64,000 nt of DNA from an uncultured Holophagales bacterium (GCA_963842525.1 CAWJGT010000034.1:608001-672000); one strand, 5' to 3'; shown: positions 1 through 10,286, numbered from the stretch's first letter. Notes: generated from the sequence alone by a model not told the origin. Numbers and translations are program-made.

Positions 1-1150
1 ACCAGTGGCTGTGTTTGAAGTATTCAAACCAGCCGCGCTGGATCGATACCAGGTCCGCGATGATCCGCTGGAGGCTGTGCCCGTTGGTGCGCCCGGTCTT
101 GCTGCGAATCTTGTCCTGGAACTTACGGCGGCTCTTCGCGCTGGGCCAACGAAGGCCCCGCTCGAAGTGATACCCCAGGAAGTCGAAGCCCCCACGCTGG
201 CTGGCATCGACGATCCGCGTCTTGTCAGGGTGGAGCTGCAAACCTGCCGCAGTCACCCACTCCTCGACCATGATCAGGGCCCATTGGGCCTCGAGCTGAC
301 TCTGGCACAAGATCACAAAGTCGTCCGCATACCGCACCATCTCATAGCCAAACCGAGCCATGTGATGGTCCAGCGGGTCCAGGTAGATGTTGGACAACAG
401 GGGGCTGATCACGGCTCCTTGCGGGGTTCCCCCCTCTGGAGTCCAGTGGTCGGCACTCTCCATCACCTCCTGCTCCAAATACCCTTGCAGCAGGCCCAGG
501 ACCTTGCCGTCGGACACCTTGCCCCTCACCAACCCCATCAGGGGCTCGCGAGGAATTGTGTCGTAGTAGCTCTTCAGATCCGCATCCACCACGTGCACAT
601 ACCCGGCCGCCAACAACTCGGCGACCCGACGCAGAGCATCCTTGGTGCCTCTCTGCGGACGGAATCCGTAGCTCTGTGCTGCGAAGTCCCGTTCATAGAT
701 CGGCTCCAGCACGTTGCGCAACGCGGTCTGAACCACTCGGTCTCGAACCGTCGGAATCCCCAGGGGCCGTTTCTCCCGGCTCCCTGGCTTCGGAATCCAC
801 ACCCGACGGATCGCTTGCGCTCGGTAACTCCCCTCCCGCAGGCTCCTCGACAGGCGCTCCAGGTTCTCCTCCAGAGTCGCCTCAAACATCCCGATCGTCA
901 CTCGGTCCACGCCGGCGCTGCCTCGGTTGCTCTTCACCTTCGCGAAGGACGACCGCAGATTCGCCAGCGAGCTGACCTTGTCGATCAGGCTGTACCACGT
1001 TCCTCCTTGGACCCCCTCATCGAGGGCCGTCAACATACGTGCGCTCCAGACGCTCGGTTCCACCCAGGACCAGCGGCCCCGAGTCTCTCCGGCCAGGCTA
1101 GCCCCGAAGGGCACTGCAGCCGGTGTCTTCTCCTCCTGTCTGAGGCTCAT
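1..1150 (-). CDS. ltrA: Group II intron reverse transcriptase/maturase (3'-truncated by the window edge)
   Basis: My translation from ATG 1150 gives MSLRQEEKTP...SAGVDRVT...RRVWIPKPGSREKRPLGIPTVRDRVVQ...SYGFRP...VVDADLKSYYD...GTPQGAVISPLLSNIYLD...MVRYADDFV. Missing from the ORF track because it has no stop in the window. Confidence 0.95.
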   Translation of the reverse strand, partial: MSLRQEEKTPAAVPFGASLAGETRGRWSWVEPSVWSARMLTALDEGVQGGTWYSLIDKVSSLANLRSSFAKVKSNRGSAGVDRVTIGMFEATLEENLERLSRSLREGSYRAQAIRRVWIPKPGSREKRPLGIPTVRDRVVQTALRNVLEPIYERDFAAQSYGFRPQRGTKDALRRVAELLAAGYVHVVDADLKSYYDTIPREPLMGLVRGKVSDGKVLGLLQGYLEQEVMESADHWTPEGGTPQGAVISPLLSNIYLDPLDHHMARFGYEMVRYADDFVILCQSQLEAQWALIMVEEWVTAAGLQLHPDKTRIVDASQRGGFDFLGYHFERGLRWPSAKSRRKFQDKIRSKTGRTNGHSLQRIIADLVSIQRGWFEYFKHSHW

Positions 1151-1565
1151 GTATCCACCTTCCTGTCCCCCTTGGCTCCACGCCCGTTACGGCGCTTCTT
1201 CGCTACTACGGGGCCTGTGACTCCTCGGGGACCCTCCTTTGGCCTCTCCCGAGGTCTCCCCACTTCACGTCACTCGTCCTTTGAGACCATTCTGTCTCCA
1301 ACCACCCCACACACCCCCATCGTCGCCTTTGCACGCTACCCCTCGGCTCGATGGGCTTCCCTTGCGGGTCTGGGCTTCACCATTAGTCCGCTGGCTCGCC
1401 GATGCGCACGGCCGAATCGAGTTCGTCATCCTACGGACTGGTCTCTCACCTCCAGTTGCTCCCCACCCCGCCTCACGGCGACGCAGTTACCTTCAGTTAC
1501 AGGCCGGAGAACGTATGCCTGAAGAGGACTTTCACCTCTCTGGACAAGTGCGCTTGTGGGCGCAC
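1..1565 (-). mobile_element. Group II intron, probably class IIC; 3' part lies outside the window
   Basis: Minus strand starts GTGCGCCCACAAGCGCAC at 1565. About 415 nt of ribozyme-like sequence precedes an RT ORF. It sits 5 nt after a GC hairpin. Confidence 0.88.
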
Positions 1566-1674
1566 GGACCGCGGGCGTCTCGCCCGCTCTCTCCTCACGC
1601 TCGGGCCGGCGTCGGGTTGGCGGCAACGCCGCGGTCGATGAAAGTCTGTGCGGGCGAGACGCCCGCGGTCCCAG
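1566..1674. repeat. REP-like inverted doublet (GGACCGCGGGCGTCTCGCCCGC and its reverse complement)
   Basis: 22-bp perfect inverted arms at 1566-1587 and 1650-1671, each with an internal GCGGGCG-N3-CGCCCGC hairpin. Confidence 0.85.
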
Positions 1675-1807
1675 GGGGCCCCCACCACGCCCAGAACACA
1701 CTTGGCCTGATACGCTGCGCCGATTCGTCAACACGAAAACCAGGCCGCCCGCCTTTTCTCGATCCCGGCGATTTCGGGAGCGCGCAACCCGCGCTCCCTC
1801 CGCAAGG

Positions 1808-1932
1808 CCAGCGTCCACGGACATTGCTCCAGTGTCCCGGGACATTGCTCCAGTGTCCCGGGACAACGAGCCAGCGCAAGCTCCGCAAAGCCAGTGTCCA
1901 CGGACATTACTCCAGTGCCCCGGGGCAACGCT
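1808..1932. repeat. Tandem array of six ~21-bp units (CCAGTGTCCCGGGACATTGCT-like)
   Basis: CCAG unit starts at 1808, 1829, 1850, 1871, 1891 and 1912. The core TGTCCCGGGACA is palindromic; the fourth unit is degenerate. Confidence 0.85.
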
Positions 1933-2052
1933 CGTCCTTCCGGATCTTCCACGGAGAGCAGCTCCTGGTCACCGGCGCTGACGACGGAGCCCAAGGCCGC
2001 GAGCCGTGGGCGTTTCCGCTCGGTGACATCGTTTCGCCTTGAGCATGCTCGA

Positions 2053-3189
2053 TCAATTCATCGGGTCGTCCGGATCGGTCGGGATCACGACCTTGAGGTG
2101 CGGCAGGACCGTGTCACCGGTATGAAAAAGGTAAAAGACCAGGGATGATGGAGTGCGGCTGAAGAAGATAAACGTGAAAAGATCCGGCACGCCGGCCACG
2201 CCGCCCATCCCGAAGACCGGGACGAAGGGGCCCTCCTCGGCGGACAAGCCGGGGTCAAATTCCCATTCGGCAGGCCCGCTGGTGAGGTCAGCGCGCAGGT
2301 AGATTCCGCCGGCGATGGGATCGTAGAGCCCCACGCCGGAGGTCCCAGCCGGGCGCCAATTGCCGGCGAAAGGCAGCCAGCCGGGTTGGGATCCTTCCAC
2401 CTCGAAGACGTGGTCGTAGTTGCCGTTGGAGCCCTCGTCGCGCAGCGCGAATTCGCCAGTAGCCGCAAGGCGCAGCCCGACGGTGTCGGTGCCATCGCCG
2501 TTCCAGTTGCCGGCCAGCGGAAGGTTGCCCCGGCCTCCTTCACCCAACGTGAACGTGCTCAGTAACTGCAGTGTGCGATCCGGACCGAGGTCGAACAGAT
2601 AGAAGCGTCCGCTCACGGGGTCATAGAGGCCCACTTCGTCGGCAGGATCGCCGCCCCAGTTGCCTGCAATGGGGAGGAACCCGGCGAAATCGGAGAACCC
2701 GGCGGAGTCGGAATCGGAAGGCAGTGAGTACATAGGGCAGAAGGGTTCCTGGGCCATGTTCTCGCACAGGAGGAAAAAAGGCTTCGGCGCACCGTTGAAG
2801 GCGCCCACCTCGACGTCGCTGTCGCCGTCCCAGTTTCCGGCAATCGGAGACCAGAGCGGGCTGACGTGGAGCCGGACCGTGGCCGGGCTGGTCGAGCTCG
2901 TGCCGCGGCGCAGGAAATACGTGAACGTTTCAACGCCCCAGGCACCCTCCGCCGGCTTGTAGCCAAAGCCATTGACACTCACACTCAGGTGACCTCCCGC
3001 GGGGACGGAAGCGAGGACGACCTCCCAGTGCTCACGGCCCCCAACAATGTCATTGGCGAGCAGGGCCTCGAACGGTATCTGGATTTCCATGTTTTCGACG
3101 CCCAGGAAGAAGTCGTCGACGGCGACCGCGGCGCCGGCCGACCTGGCGGCCAGCGTGAACAACAGACTGATCAGGATTCGTCGGATCAT
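2053..3189 (-). CDS. Secreted protein with a cadherin/Ig-like domain and FG-GAP-like (PIAGNWxGD) beta-propeller repeats
   Basis: Signal peptide MIRRILISLLFTLAARSAGA; AVDD...LLAND...YKPAEG...TFTY Ig-like motif; four P(I/L/F)AGNW repeats. Confidence 0.7.
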   Translation of the reverse strand: MIRRILISLLFTLAARSAGAAVAVDDFFLGVENMEIQIPFEALLANDIVGGREHWEVVLASVPAGGHLSVSVNGFGYKPAEGAWGVETFTYFLRRGTSSTSPATVRLHVSPLWSPIAGNWDGDSDVEVGAFNGAPKPFFLLCENMAQEPFCPMYSLPSDSDSAGFSDFAGFLPIAGNWGGDPADEVGLYDPVSGRFYLFDLGPDRTLQLLSTFTLGEGGRGNLPLAGNWNGDGTDTVGLRLAATGEFALRDEGSNGNYDHVFEVEGSQPGWLPFAGNWRPAGTSGVGLYDPIAGGIYLRADLTSGPAEWEFDPGLSAEEGPFVPVFGMGGVAGVPDLFTFIFFSRTPSSLVFYLFHTGDTVLPHLKVVIPTDPDDPMN

Positions 3190-3247
3190 AGCAAGCTCCG
3201 CAATGCCCGCCTTGGTTTCAGAAAACAATCAACGAAAACCGTCTGGT

Positions 3248-6151
3248 TCAGGGCTTCTGCACCCGGCGTGCCAGCCAGATGTCGATCGCGGACACCTGGC
3301 GCCGGCCGTTCGGTCCCGCGGCGAGGTTGGCGGCCCTTGCCTCGGCGGCGAGTTGCCGCGTACGGAGCGGGTCCCTCTGCAGCGCCGCAAGAGCCCGTGC
3401 GAGAGCAAAGCGGGCCTCGGCCAGGACGGTGGGATCGAGCTTCTCCCGGCTCAAGATGCTGACCGCTCGCTCCAGGTTGGGCAGGGCCTGGTGCGGCGAG
3501 GAAAGAGCCAGTTGGGCCTCGCCCAGGCCGGTGAGGCCGTAGCCGACCAGGTAGTGCTCGGGGCCGAGCTCTCGTTCCCAGATGGTCAAGGCCCGCCGGT
3601 AGCGCGCGAGGGCCTGCCGGTGGAAGCCCTGCTCGCGCTCGGCCCCGGCCAGGCTGAACTCGGCCTGGGCCACCCAGGGATGGCCGCTGCCGTACGTTGC
3701 CTGCTGGATGGAGAGGGCGCGGCGCAAGGCAGCGACCGCCGCGGCCGGCTCTCCGCGGTCGAGGAGCTTGACGCCCAGGTTGTTGAGCGCGAAGGCGACG
3801 TTCGGATGGTTCGGCCCCAGGGCCTTCTCGAAGATGGCCACGGCGCGCCGGTGGCAGGCGAGGGCCTCCTCCACGCGCCCCAGCCCGGAGAAGGCGTTGC
3901 CGAGGTGGGTCAAGGTCGTGGCGACCTGGCTGTGGTCCGGCCCCAGGATCCGCTCGCCGATCGTCAAGGCCCGCCGGTGGAGCGCGAGGGCCTCGCCGTA
4001 GGCCGCGCGGCGGTACAGCAGGCCGCCGACGATGTCGAGGCTCTGCGCGACGTCCGGATGATCGGGCCCGAGCTGCTTTTCCTTGATGGCCAGCGCGCGG
4101 CGGTAGTGATGGAGGGCGCCTTCGAGGTCGCCCTGTTGCGTGAGGACGTTGCCGATCCGGGCCAGGGTGCCGGCCACCAGGGCATGCTCGGGGCCCAGGG
4201 CTTTCCACCGCAAGGCGAAGGCGCGGCGGTGGCGTTCGAGGGCGGCGGCGGGCTTTCCTTGTTGGAGGTAGATCGTCCCTTGATAGTCGGCGAAGGTCGC
4301 CTCCAGGGCCTCCCGCTGGTCGAGGTGAGCAAGGAGGGCGAGCCCCTGGCGCGCATAGCGGTGACCCTCTTCGTGCCGCGCCTGTTTGTACCCGACGACG
4401 CGGACGAGGCGCGAGAAGGCCTCGACCGCGACCCGGTCGTGGCGGCCCGCCCCGGCGGCCAGGAGAGCGCGGTGCAGGGCCGCCGCCGCATCCTCGGGCG
4501 TGCCGGCCCGCTCTTCGGTCTTGCCCTGGACCAGCAGCGCTTCGGCGATCAGGGGCCAGAACCCGGTCTCCTCGGCGCGGCGGCTCGCCTCCTGTGCCAA
4601 CACGAGCCCGGGCTTGTAGGCCCCGGCCTGCCCCAGCGCCGTGGCACGGGCCAGCGAGCCGCGCACCGCCGCGATCCTCCTTCGCGCTTCCGGCGCGTCG
4701 GGCTCGCGGAACGGAGCCAGCAGGGCGCTGGCGTCGGCGCAGGCGCTCAAAGGCGGCAGGTCCTGTGCCGCCTCGGCGGCCCGGCCGACCAGCTCGGCGT
4801 CCGCTTTGGAGAGCACATCGACGAACGAGGCGAGCTCGCGCCGCCGCTGCTCCAGGCAGGCCATGCGCCGGTCCAGGAGCTCCTCGGACTGCTCGCCCCG
4901 CAGCCGGGTGGCCTGGCAGGCCTCCATCCGCATCGCCACCCAATCCGCGGCGTAGCGGTCGAGGGCGCGCTCCGTGCTCTGCCAGGCGGAGGGCGCCAGC
5001 GGTGCACCGGTGGCGGCGAAAGCGGTGCGCATCGCGCCGCGGCGGGAGTCGTCCCAGACGCCCCGCAGGCGCTCGGCGGACCCGCCGCACAGGGCTCGCC
5101 GGGTGGCCGCGGTCTCCCGTAGGACGGCGCCGGAGGCAGGAAGCAGAAGGAGCGCCGCCGCCAGCGCGGCGTAGACAACCCGCCGCCGGGCCAGGTGCAG
5201 GCCGCGGTCGACCTCGCGCAACAGGGGTGCGAGCGAGGGAAAGCGCGCGGCGGGATCGTCGGCCAGGCCCCGCGCGAGAGCCCGATGCAGGCCGCGGTGG
5301 GCTCGCTGGCCCGCGGCGGAGAGGGCTTTGGAGAGCGCAAGGGAGAAGGAGTACTGGTCCGCAGCCGGCCCGACCGCCGCTCCTTGCCTCTGCTCTGGAG
5401 CCATATAGGCGGGCGTCCCCAGGCGTGCTCCGGTCCGGGTGAGGTCCTGCTGCGCGAGGCCGCTGGATGCGCCGGAGAGCGCCTCCAGGTCGACGACGTC
5501 GCCTTCCTGCCCGGGTCCGGCCTCCGCCGCCCGGGCCAGGCCGAAGTCGAGCACGACGACGCGGCCATCCTCCCCCACCAGCACATTGCCCGGCTTGAAG
5601 TCGCGATGGACGAGGCCGGCCGCGTGCGCCGCGGCGAGGCCCCGGCCGGCCTCCAGAAAGGCGCGCAGGATCTCCCCTCGGCGGCGGGGCGCGGCCGCGA
5701 GCCACGCGTCGAGCGCGAGGCCCGGGATGTACTCCATGGCCAGGAACAGCCGAACTTCCAGGAGCCCCACGTCGTAGAGAGTGATGACGTTGGGATGGGA
5801 AAGGCGGGCCAGGGCCTGGGCCTCCCGCAGCAACCGGGACTCGACGCCGGCCCGATCCTTCTCCAGCCGGTCGAGGCGGATGAGCTTCAGGGCGACCCGG
5901 CGGCCGAGCTCCGGATCGTAAGCGGCATAGACTACGCCCATTCCGCCGCTGCCGATGACGTCGAGGACGACGAAACGGCCCAAAAGGGTGCCACGAGGGA
6001 GGACGGAGGCCGCGATGCTTGTGGAGTCAGCCGGTACAGGGTCGCGAACGGTGGAACGCGTTGCGCCTGCAAGGGTATCCGTCCGCTCGTCCGGCTCGCC
6101 GCTCCCGGCGGAGTCGCACGGATTATGAGCCCGCGGCATATTGCTTCCCAT
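3248..6151 (-). CDS. Ser/Thr protein kinase with transmembrane segment and C-terminal TPR repeats
   Basis: IGSGGMGVVY, VALK, HRDFKPGN, DFGLA, GTPAYMAPE; LGPEH/LGPDHP TPRs. Start approximate (6151 or 6139). Confidence 0.9.
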   Translation of the reverse strand: MGSNMPRAHNPCDSAGSGEPDERTDTLAGATRSTVRDPVPADSTSIAASVLPRGTLLGRFVVLDVIGSGGMGVVYAAYDPELGRRVALKLIRLDRLEKDRAGVESRLLREAQALARLSHPNVITLYDVGLLEVRLFLAMEYIPGLALDAWLAAAPRRRGEILRAFLEAGRGLAAAHAAGLVHRDFKPGNVLVGEDGRVVVLDFGLARAAEAGPGQEGDVVDLEALSGASSGLAQQDLTRTGARLGTPAYMAPEQRQGAAVGPAADQYSFSLALSKALSAAGQRAHRGLHRALARGLADDPAARFPSLAPLLREVDRGLHLARRRVVYAALAAALLLLPASGAVLRETAATRRALCGGSAERLRGVWDDSRRGAMRTAFAATGAPLAPSAWQSTERALDRYAADWVAMRMEACQATRLRGEQSEELLDRRMACLEQRRRELASFVDVLSKADAELVGRAAEAAQDLPPLSACADASALLAPFREPDAPEARRRIAAVRGSLARATALGQAGAYKPGLVLAQEASRRAEETGFWPLIAEALLVQGKTEERAGTPEDAAAALHRALLAAGAGRHDRVAVEAFSRLVRVVGYKQARHEEGHRYARQGLALLAHLDQREALEATFADYQGTIYLQQGKPAAALERHRRAFALRWKALGPEHALVAGTLARIGNVLTQQGDLEGALHHYRRALAIKEKQLGPDHPDVAQSLDIVGGLLYRRAAYGEALALHRRALTIGERILGPDHSQVATTLTHLGNAFSGLGRVEEALACHRRAVAIFEKALGPNHPNVAFALNNLGVKLLDRGEPAAAVAALRRALSIQQATYGSGHPWVAQAEFSLAGAEREQGFHRQALARYRRALTIWERELGPEHYLVGYGLTGLGEAQLALSSPHQALPNLERAVSILSREKLDPTVLAEARFALARALAALQRDPLRTRQLAAEARAANLAAGPNGRRQVSAIDIWLARRVQKP

Positions 6152-6217
6152 TATAGACCCCTGCTGACCGAGGACGGGTCGGACAGAACGACGGCGTGCG
6201 GAGCAACGGTCTCCGAT

Positions 6218-8021
6218 GTGGCAAGCCTCCGCCTCCGCGGCGACGTGGAGGGAGAGGAACGGACGTTCAGCCTGGAGCCCGGCGACAACCTGGTGGGCAA
6301 GGCCTCGTCCTGCCGCGTGGTGCTGCCCCTGCGGGGCGTGTCGCGCCGCCACGCCGTGCTCAAGGTCGACGGCGAAACCGTCCGGGTCGAGGACCTGGGC
6401 AGCAAGAACGGCACGCGGATCAACGGCCGCCGTGTCAGCGGCGGACCGCTGCGGCCGGGCGACCGGCTGAGCTTTGGATCGGCGGACCTCGTCCTCGAGA
6501 CGATCGATCCCCAGGACACGAGGCTCGGCCTGGTCCTGGCGGCCAGCGGTGCTCCGCCAGGTCGGCTGGTGGAGCGGGAAACGACGCAGCTCAGCGAAGA
6601 ACGGGATGCGGGACGCGAGGGCCGCTGGCTCGACATCATCGAAGCGTTCGTGGAGCGGCTGGCCCTGGCTCCGGAGGGGGATCCCAGCAGCGCTCTCTCG
6701 GCTCTCCTCGCCGGCCTCGGACCCGGTGCCCGCGGCGCCGCGCTGGTCGAATGGGGCGCCGAGGAGACCGTCGTGCTGGCAGCCGCGGGAGCCATCGCCG
6801 AGGTCCCGGGCAAGGACGACCCCACCGTGGTCTGGGCCGGCGGGGACGAGCCGCGACGCGTTCGACCGCCAAGCCTGTCCAGAACGTTCTCAGCGGCGGC
6901 CCGCAAACGCCGCGGCGCCGAGCCCCTGGGCCTGGTGGTCTGGGGAGATTTCGTGACCCCCTCTGTCCAGTCGCTCCTGCGCACCCTGGTTTGCCTCGCC
7001 GGCCGGCTCATCCTTTCTCCGGTGCAGGGCTTCGAAACGCCGCCACCCGCAGCCGGCCAACCCGGCCTCGTCCTTCCGCCCGGGTATGTCGCCGGTCGAG
7101 CCCCCGCCATGATCTCTTTGTACGTCGAGCTGCGGGCCTTTGCCCAGGGCGATCTGCCGGTGCTCATCATCGGCGAGACCGGGACTGGCAAGGAGCACGT
7201 CGCGCGGATCCTTCATGCTTCTTCGCGGCGCCGGCGGGGCCCGCTGGTCGCCATCAACTGCGCCGCCATCCCGTCCGACCTGCTGGAAGCCGAGCTGTTC
7301 GGCATCGGCAAGGGAGTGGCGACAGGGGTAACCGAGCGCGCTGGAAAGTTCGCGGAAGCGCAGGGCGGCACCCTGTACCTCGACGAGATCGGGGACATGC
7401 CCGCCGCGCTCCAGGTCAAGCTTTTACGGGCGCTCCAGGAGGGCGAAATCCAGCCGCTGGGACGCCCGTCCATGGCGGTCGACGTACGCATCGTGGCATC
7501 GACCAACGCCGACCTGCCGGCGCGCATGGAGGACGGCCGTTTCCGCGCCGACCTGTACTATCGGCTCGCCGGCGGCGTGCTGCGGATACCTCCCCTGCGC
7601 GAGCGCCGGCAGGACCTGCCTGTCTTGATCGGACATTTCGCCCGCGTCTTCTCCCGCGAGACCGGAAAGCCGATCCGAGGCATCACGGTCAAGGCCCTCC
7701 AGGCGCTCACGGCCTATCCGTGGCCCGGCAACGTCCGGGAAGCTCGAGCACGAGATCCGCCGTCTGGTCTATCTCTGTCCGGCAGCGCAGGCCGTCGAAT
7801 CCGCGATGCTCTCCGAGCACATCGTCCATCCCGCGGCCTCCGGGTCTGCCGAGCTGCCGGGAAACTCTCTCGATCTCAACCTCCACCTCGAGGCCCTCGA
7901 GCGGCGTTTGATCCGCGCCGCCCTGGACAAGACCGGCGGCAACCAGAGCGAAGCGGCCCGCCTGCTGCGCATCTCGCGCAACGGCCTGGCCCAGCGCATC
8001 AAGCGCCTCGAGCTCGACTGA
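6218..8021 (+). CDS. FHA-domain sigma54-dependent activator (bEBP); frameshift near 7745
   Basis: FHA VSRRHA/DLGSKNGTRING; GETGTGKE; GVATGV (GAFTGA variant); LYLDEIGDM; WPGNVRE; Fis HTH GGNQSEAARLL in the 7806-8021 frame. Confidence 0.88.
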
Positions 8022-8168
8022 GCCCTCTCCCCCTACTCCCTCTCCCGTGCGTCCTCCAAGCCCCCACCCCGAACGGGAGAGGGGGAAGAAGAGGGCTTGG
8101 GTGGTGGCGCCCCTCTCCTGCTCGGGGTGGCGGGTGGTGGCCGCGCAGGGGAGGGGTCGGGGGAGGGG
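8022..8168. repeat. REP-like doublet, CCCTCTCCC...GGGAGAGGG family
   Basis: Purine/pyrimidine-tract inverted repeats resembling those at 27427, 40134 and 54621. Confidence 0.65.
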
Positions 8169-8173
8169 TCCCC

Positions 8174-8213
8174 CTGCCCACATTGCGGGCAGATCTGCCC
8201 ACAGCCTGGGCAG
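8174..8213. promoter_or_regulatory. Tandem palindromic enhancer sites CTGCCC-N7-GGGCAG
   Basis: CTGCCCACATTGCGGGCAG (8174-8192) and CTGCCCACAGCCTGGGCAG (8195-8213), 21 bp apart, ~90-130 bp upstream of a -24/-12 box. Confidence 0.7.
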
Positions 8214-8301
8214 GCAGCCGCGCCGGCTCTTTCTCGCCAAGCTGCAGCGAATCGCTTGCAGCCACACGACTTCTCACTTTTTCCCGGCGACCGTCCAGGC
8301 A

Positions 8302-8317
8302 CGGCATCGGCGTTGCT
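8302..8317 (+). promoter_or_regulatory. sigma54 -24/-12 promoter
   Basis: CGGCATCGGCGTTGCT has GG-N10-GC spacing and lies 60 bp before ATG 8378. Confidence 0.7.
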
Positions 8318-8377
8318 CTAGGAGGGGCCAGGCGCCCCGCGAACATTCCGCTCGCCGGGCAACCAGGAGGATTCGTG

Positions 8378-9346
8378 ATGCATCGTAGTTTCGATGTGAA
8401 AAGCCTTTTCTTTTTCCTGCTGGCGATCACTCTGGGTTTGATCGGAACGGCTCCTCTCGCCGCCGTTTCGACCTGCGACGGCAACCCCTGCACGATCGAG
8501 GGGACCGCCGGGAACGACAACCTGACGGGGACCGCGGGCAACGACGTGATCTGCGGCCTCGGCGGCAACGACACCCTGAGCGGTGTGCAGGGCCACGACG
8601 TGATCTGCGGCGGGGACGGCAATGACACCATCTGGGGGGGAGCCGGCAACGACTGGATCCTCGGCGAAGCCGGCAACGATACGATCGACGGCGGCTCCGG
8701 CGGCTCGGACACCGTCCGTTTCAACTCGGCGGTGACAGCCAACCTCGCCACCGGCACGGCGACAGGCGAGGGCACCGATACTCTGTCCACAATCGAAAAC
8801 CTCAACGGCTCGCCCTTCGCCGATACCCTGACCGGCGACGGGAACAACAACAACCTGAACGGGCGCGCCGGAAATGACGTGCTGACCGGCGCCGGCGGCA
8901 GCGATACCTTGTGGGGGAAGACCGGCAGCGACATTCTGGACGGAGGCGACGGTGCCGACTCCCTGGTTGGTGACGAAGACAACGACAGCTTGATCGGCGG
9001 CACAGGCGCCGACAGCCTGGACGGGGGCTCAGGGACCGACATGGCGACCTACAACTCCGCCATCGACGCCGACCTGGGGACCGGTACCGCCTCCGACGGC
9101 GACACGCTGGCCAACGTCGAAAACCTGACCGGTTCGGCCTCCGAAGACCTCCTCACCGGCAACAGCGGCGCCAACAGCCTGGTGGGTGGGGACAGCGACG
9201 ACTTCCTCGATGGATCAGGAGGCACCGACACCTGCAACGGCGGCCCCGGCTGCGACATCTGCCTCAACTGTGAGACGAGGATCGCCTGCGAGACCATCCT
9301 CATGTGCAACCCGCCGGACGATCCGGGCGGTCCGATCCATCGGTAA
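8378..9346 (+). CDS. Secreted Ca-binding RTX/hemolysin-type repeat protein
   Basis: AGGAGG RBS; signal peptide; many GGxGNDxL nonapeptides; Cys-rich ends. Confidence 0.88.
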   Translation: MHRSFDVKSLFFFLLAITLGLIGTAPLAAVSTCDGNPCTIEGTAGNDNLTGTAGNDVICGLGGNDTLSGVQGHDVICGGDGNDTIWGGAGNDWILGEAGNDTIDGGSGGSDTVRFNSAVTANLATGTATGEGTDTLSTIENLNGSPFADTLTGDGNNNNLNGRAGNDVLTGAGGSDTLWGKTGSDILDGGDGADSLVGDEDNDSLIGGTGADSLDGGSGTDMATYNSAIDADLGTGTASDGDTLANVENLTGSASEDLLTGNSGANSLVGGDSDDFLDGSGGTDTCNGGPGCDICLNCETRIACETILMCNPPDDPGGPIHR

Positions 9347-9396
9347 GGGCAAACCTGGCGGCGGCGGCCCTGCTTCGCGCTGCCGCCGCCAAGACC

Positions 9397-10286
9397 TTAG
9401 CCGGGCGGGAAGAACCCGTTCTTCGCCACCGGCACGCACAGCTTGTTGGAGATTCCCGCGAAGATGTTGGTCTCGGGCGGCAATCCCATGTTGACCAGCA
9501 CGGGGTTGAGGTGGGTCAAGGTGAAGGTCTGGTTGAGAGGCTGGCCGTTGATCCTGTAGCACAGCACGTCGGCGTGCCGGACGATGTTCAGGATGTTTGG
9601 CGGGGGTGCCACCAGGTTTTTCTTCACCGGCACACAAAGCTGGGTGGGATTGGGCGGATTGAGGAAGGTCACGAGCTGGGGGGCTGGGTGATGAGCGGGT
9701 TGAGGTGTGTCAGCGTGACCTGCTTGCCGCCCGGGTTCTGCGCGGTCTCGACGCGATAGCACTTGACGTCCAGCCACCTGACGAGCTGCTCCACAGCCGG
9801 GGGAATCACCGCGTTGTTCTTGCGGACCGGCACACAGAGCTGCTGCGGCTCACGAACGATTACGTTAAGGGTCGGACCGAGCAGGTTTACGATCTGCGGA
9901 TTGAGCTGATTCAGGTTCAGCGCCAGGTTGAGCGCAGGCCCTTGGATGCCATAGCACTTCCAGTCGACGAACCGGATGAACGGCAACGAGGTCGGCGACG
10001 GCGGCACAGTGTTCTTGTAGACCGGAACGCAGAGGTCCTGGGGCTGGCCGACATTGACCTGCTCGAAGGGCTGCCCCATGCCGACGAGGACCGGGTTGAG
10101 GTGATCCAGCCGCAGGTTGACGCCCAGAGGCGGGTTGGTGATCTGGTAGCACCGGACATCGAGGTTCCTGACGAAATCCCCCGGTGTCGGCAACGGTTGA
10201 CCGAATGCAACGGTAGGCAGAAGAAGAGCTGCCAGGAGGAGAAGCCCTCCCGCAATGATGGGACGAACGAGCTTGTTCACAACCAC
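9397..10286 (-). CDS. Secreted protein with four ~70-aa Cys-containing repeats (DxxCY...HLNP...LCVPVxKN); frameshift near 9680
   Basis: Signal peptide and AAGGAGG RBS. The repeats continue across ORFs 9669-10286 and 9397-9777. Confidence 0.8.

Noticed and set aside
1-1150. Retron, DGR or defence RT
   Set aside because: GTGCG 5' end, intron-like leader and group II RT motifs; no TR/VR pair seen.
5-1522. 505-aa plus-strand ORF
   Set aside because: Antisense shadow of the group II intron RT, which has the canonical motifs on the minus strand.
5195-9346. 1383-aa bEBP-RTX fusion
   Set aside because: Produced by an indel near 7745. The HTH is in another frame and the RTX gene has its own promoter, RBS and signal peptide.
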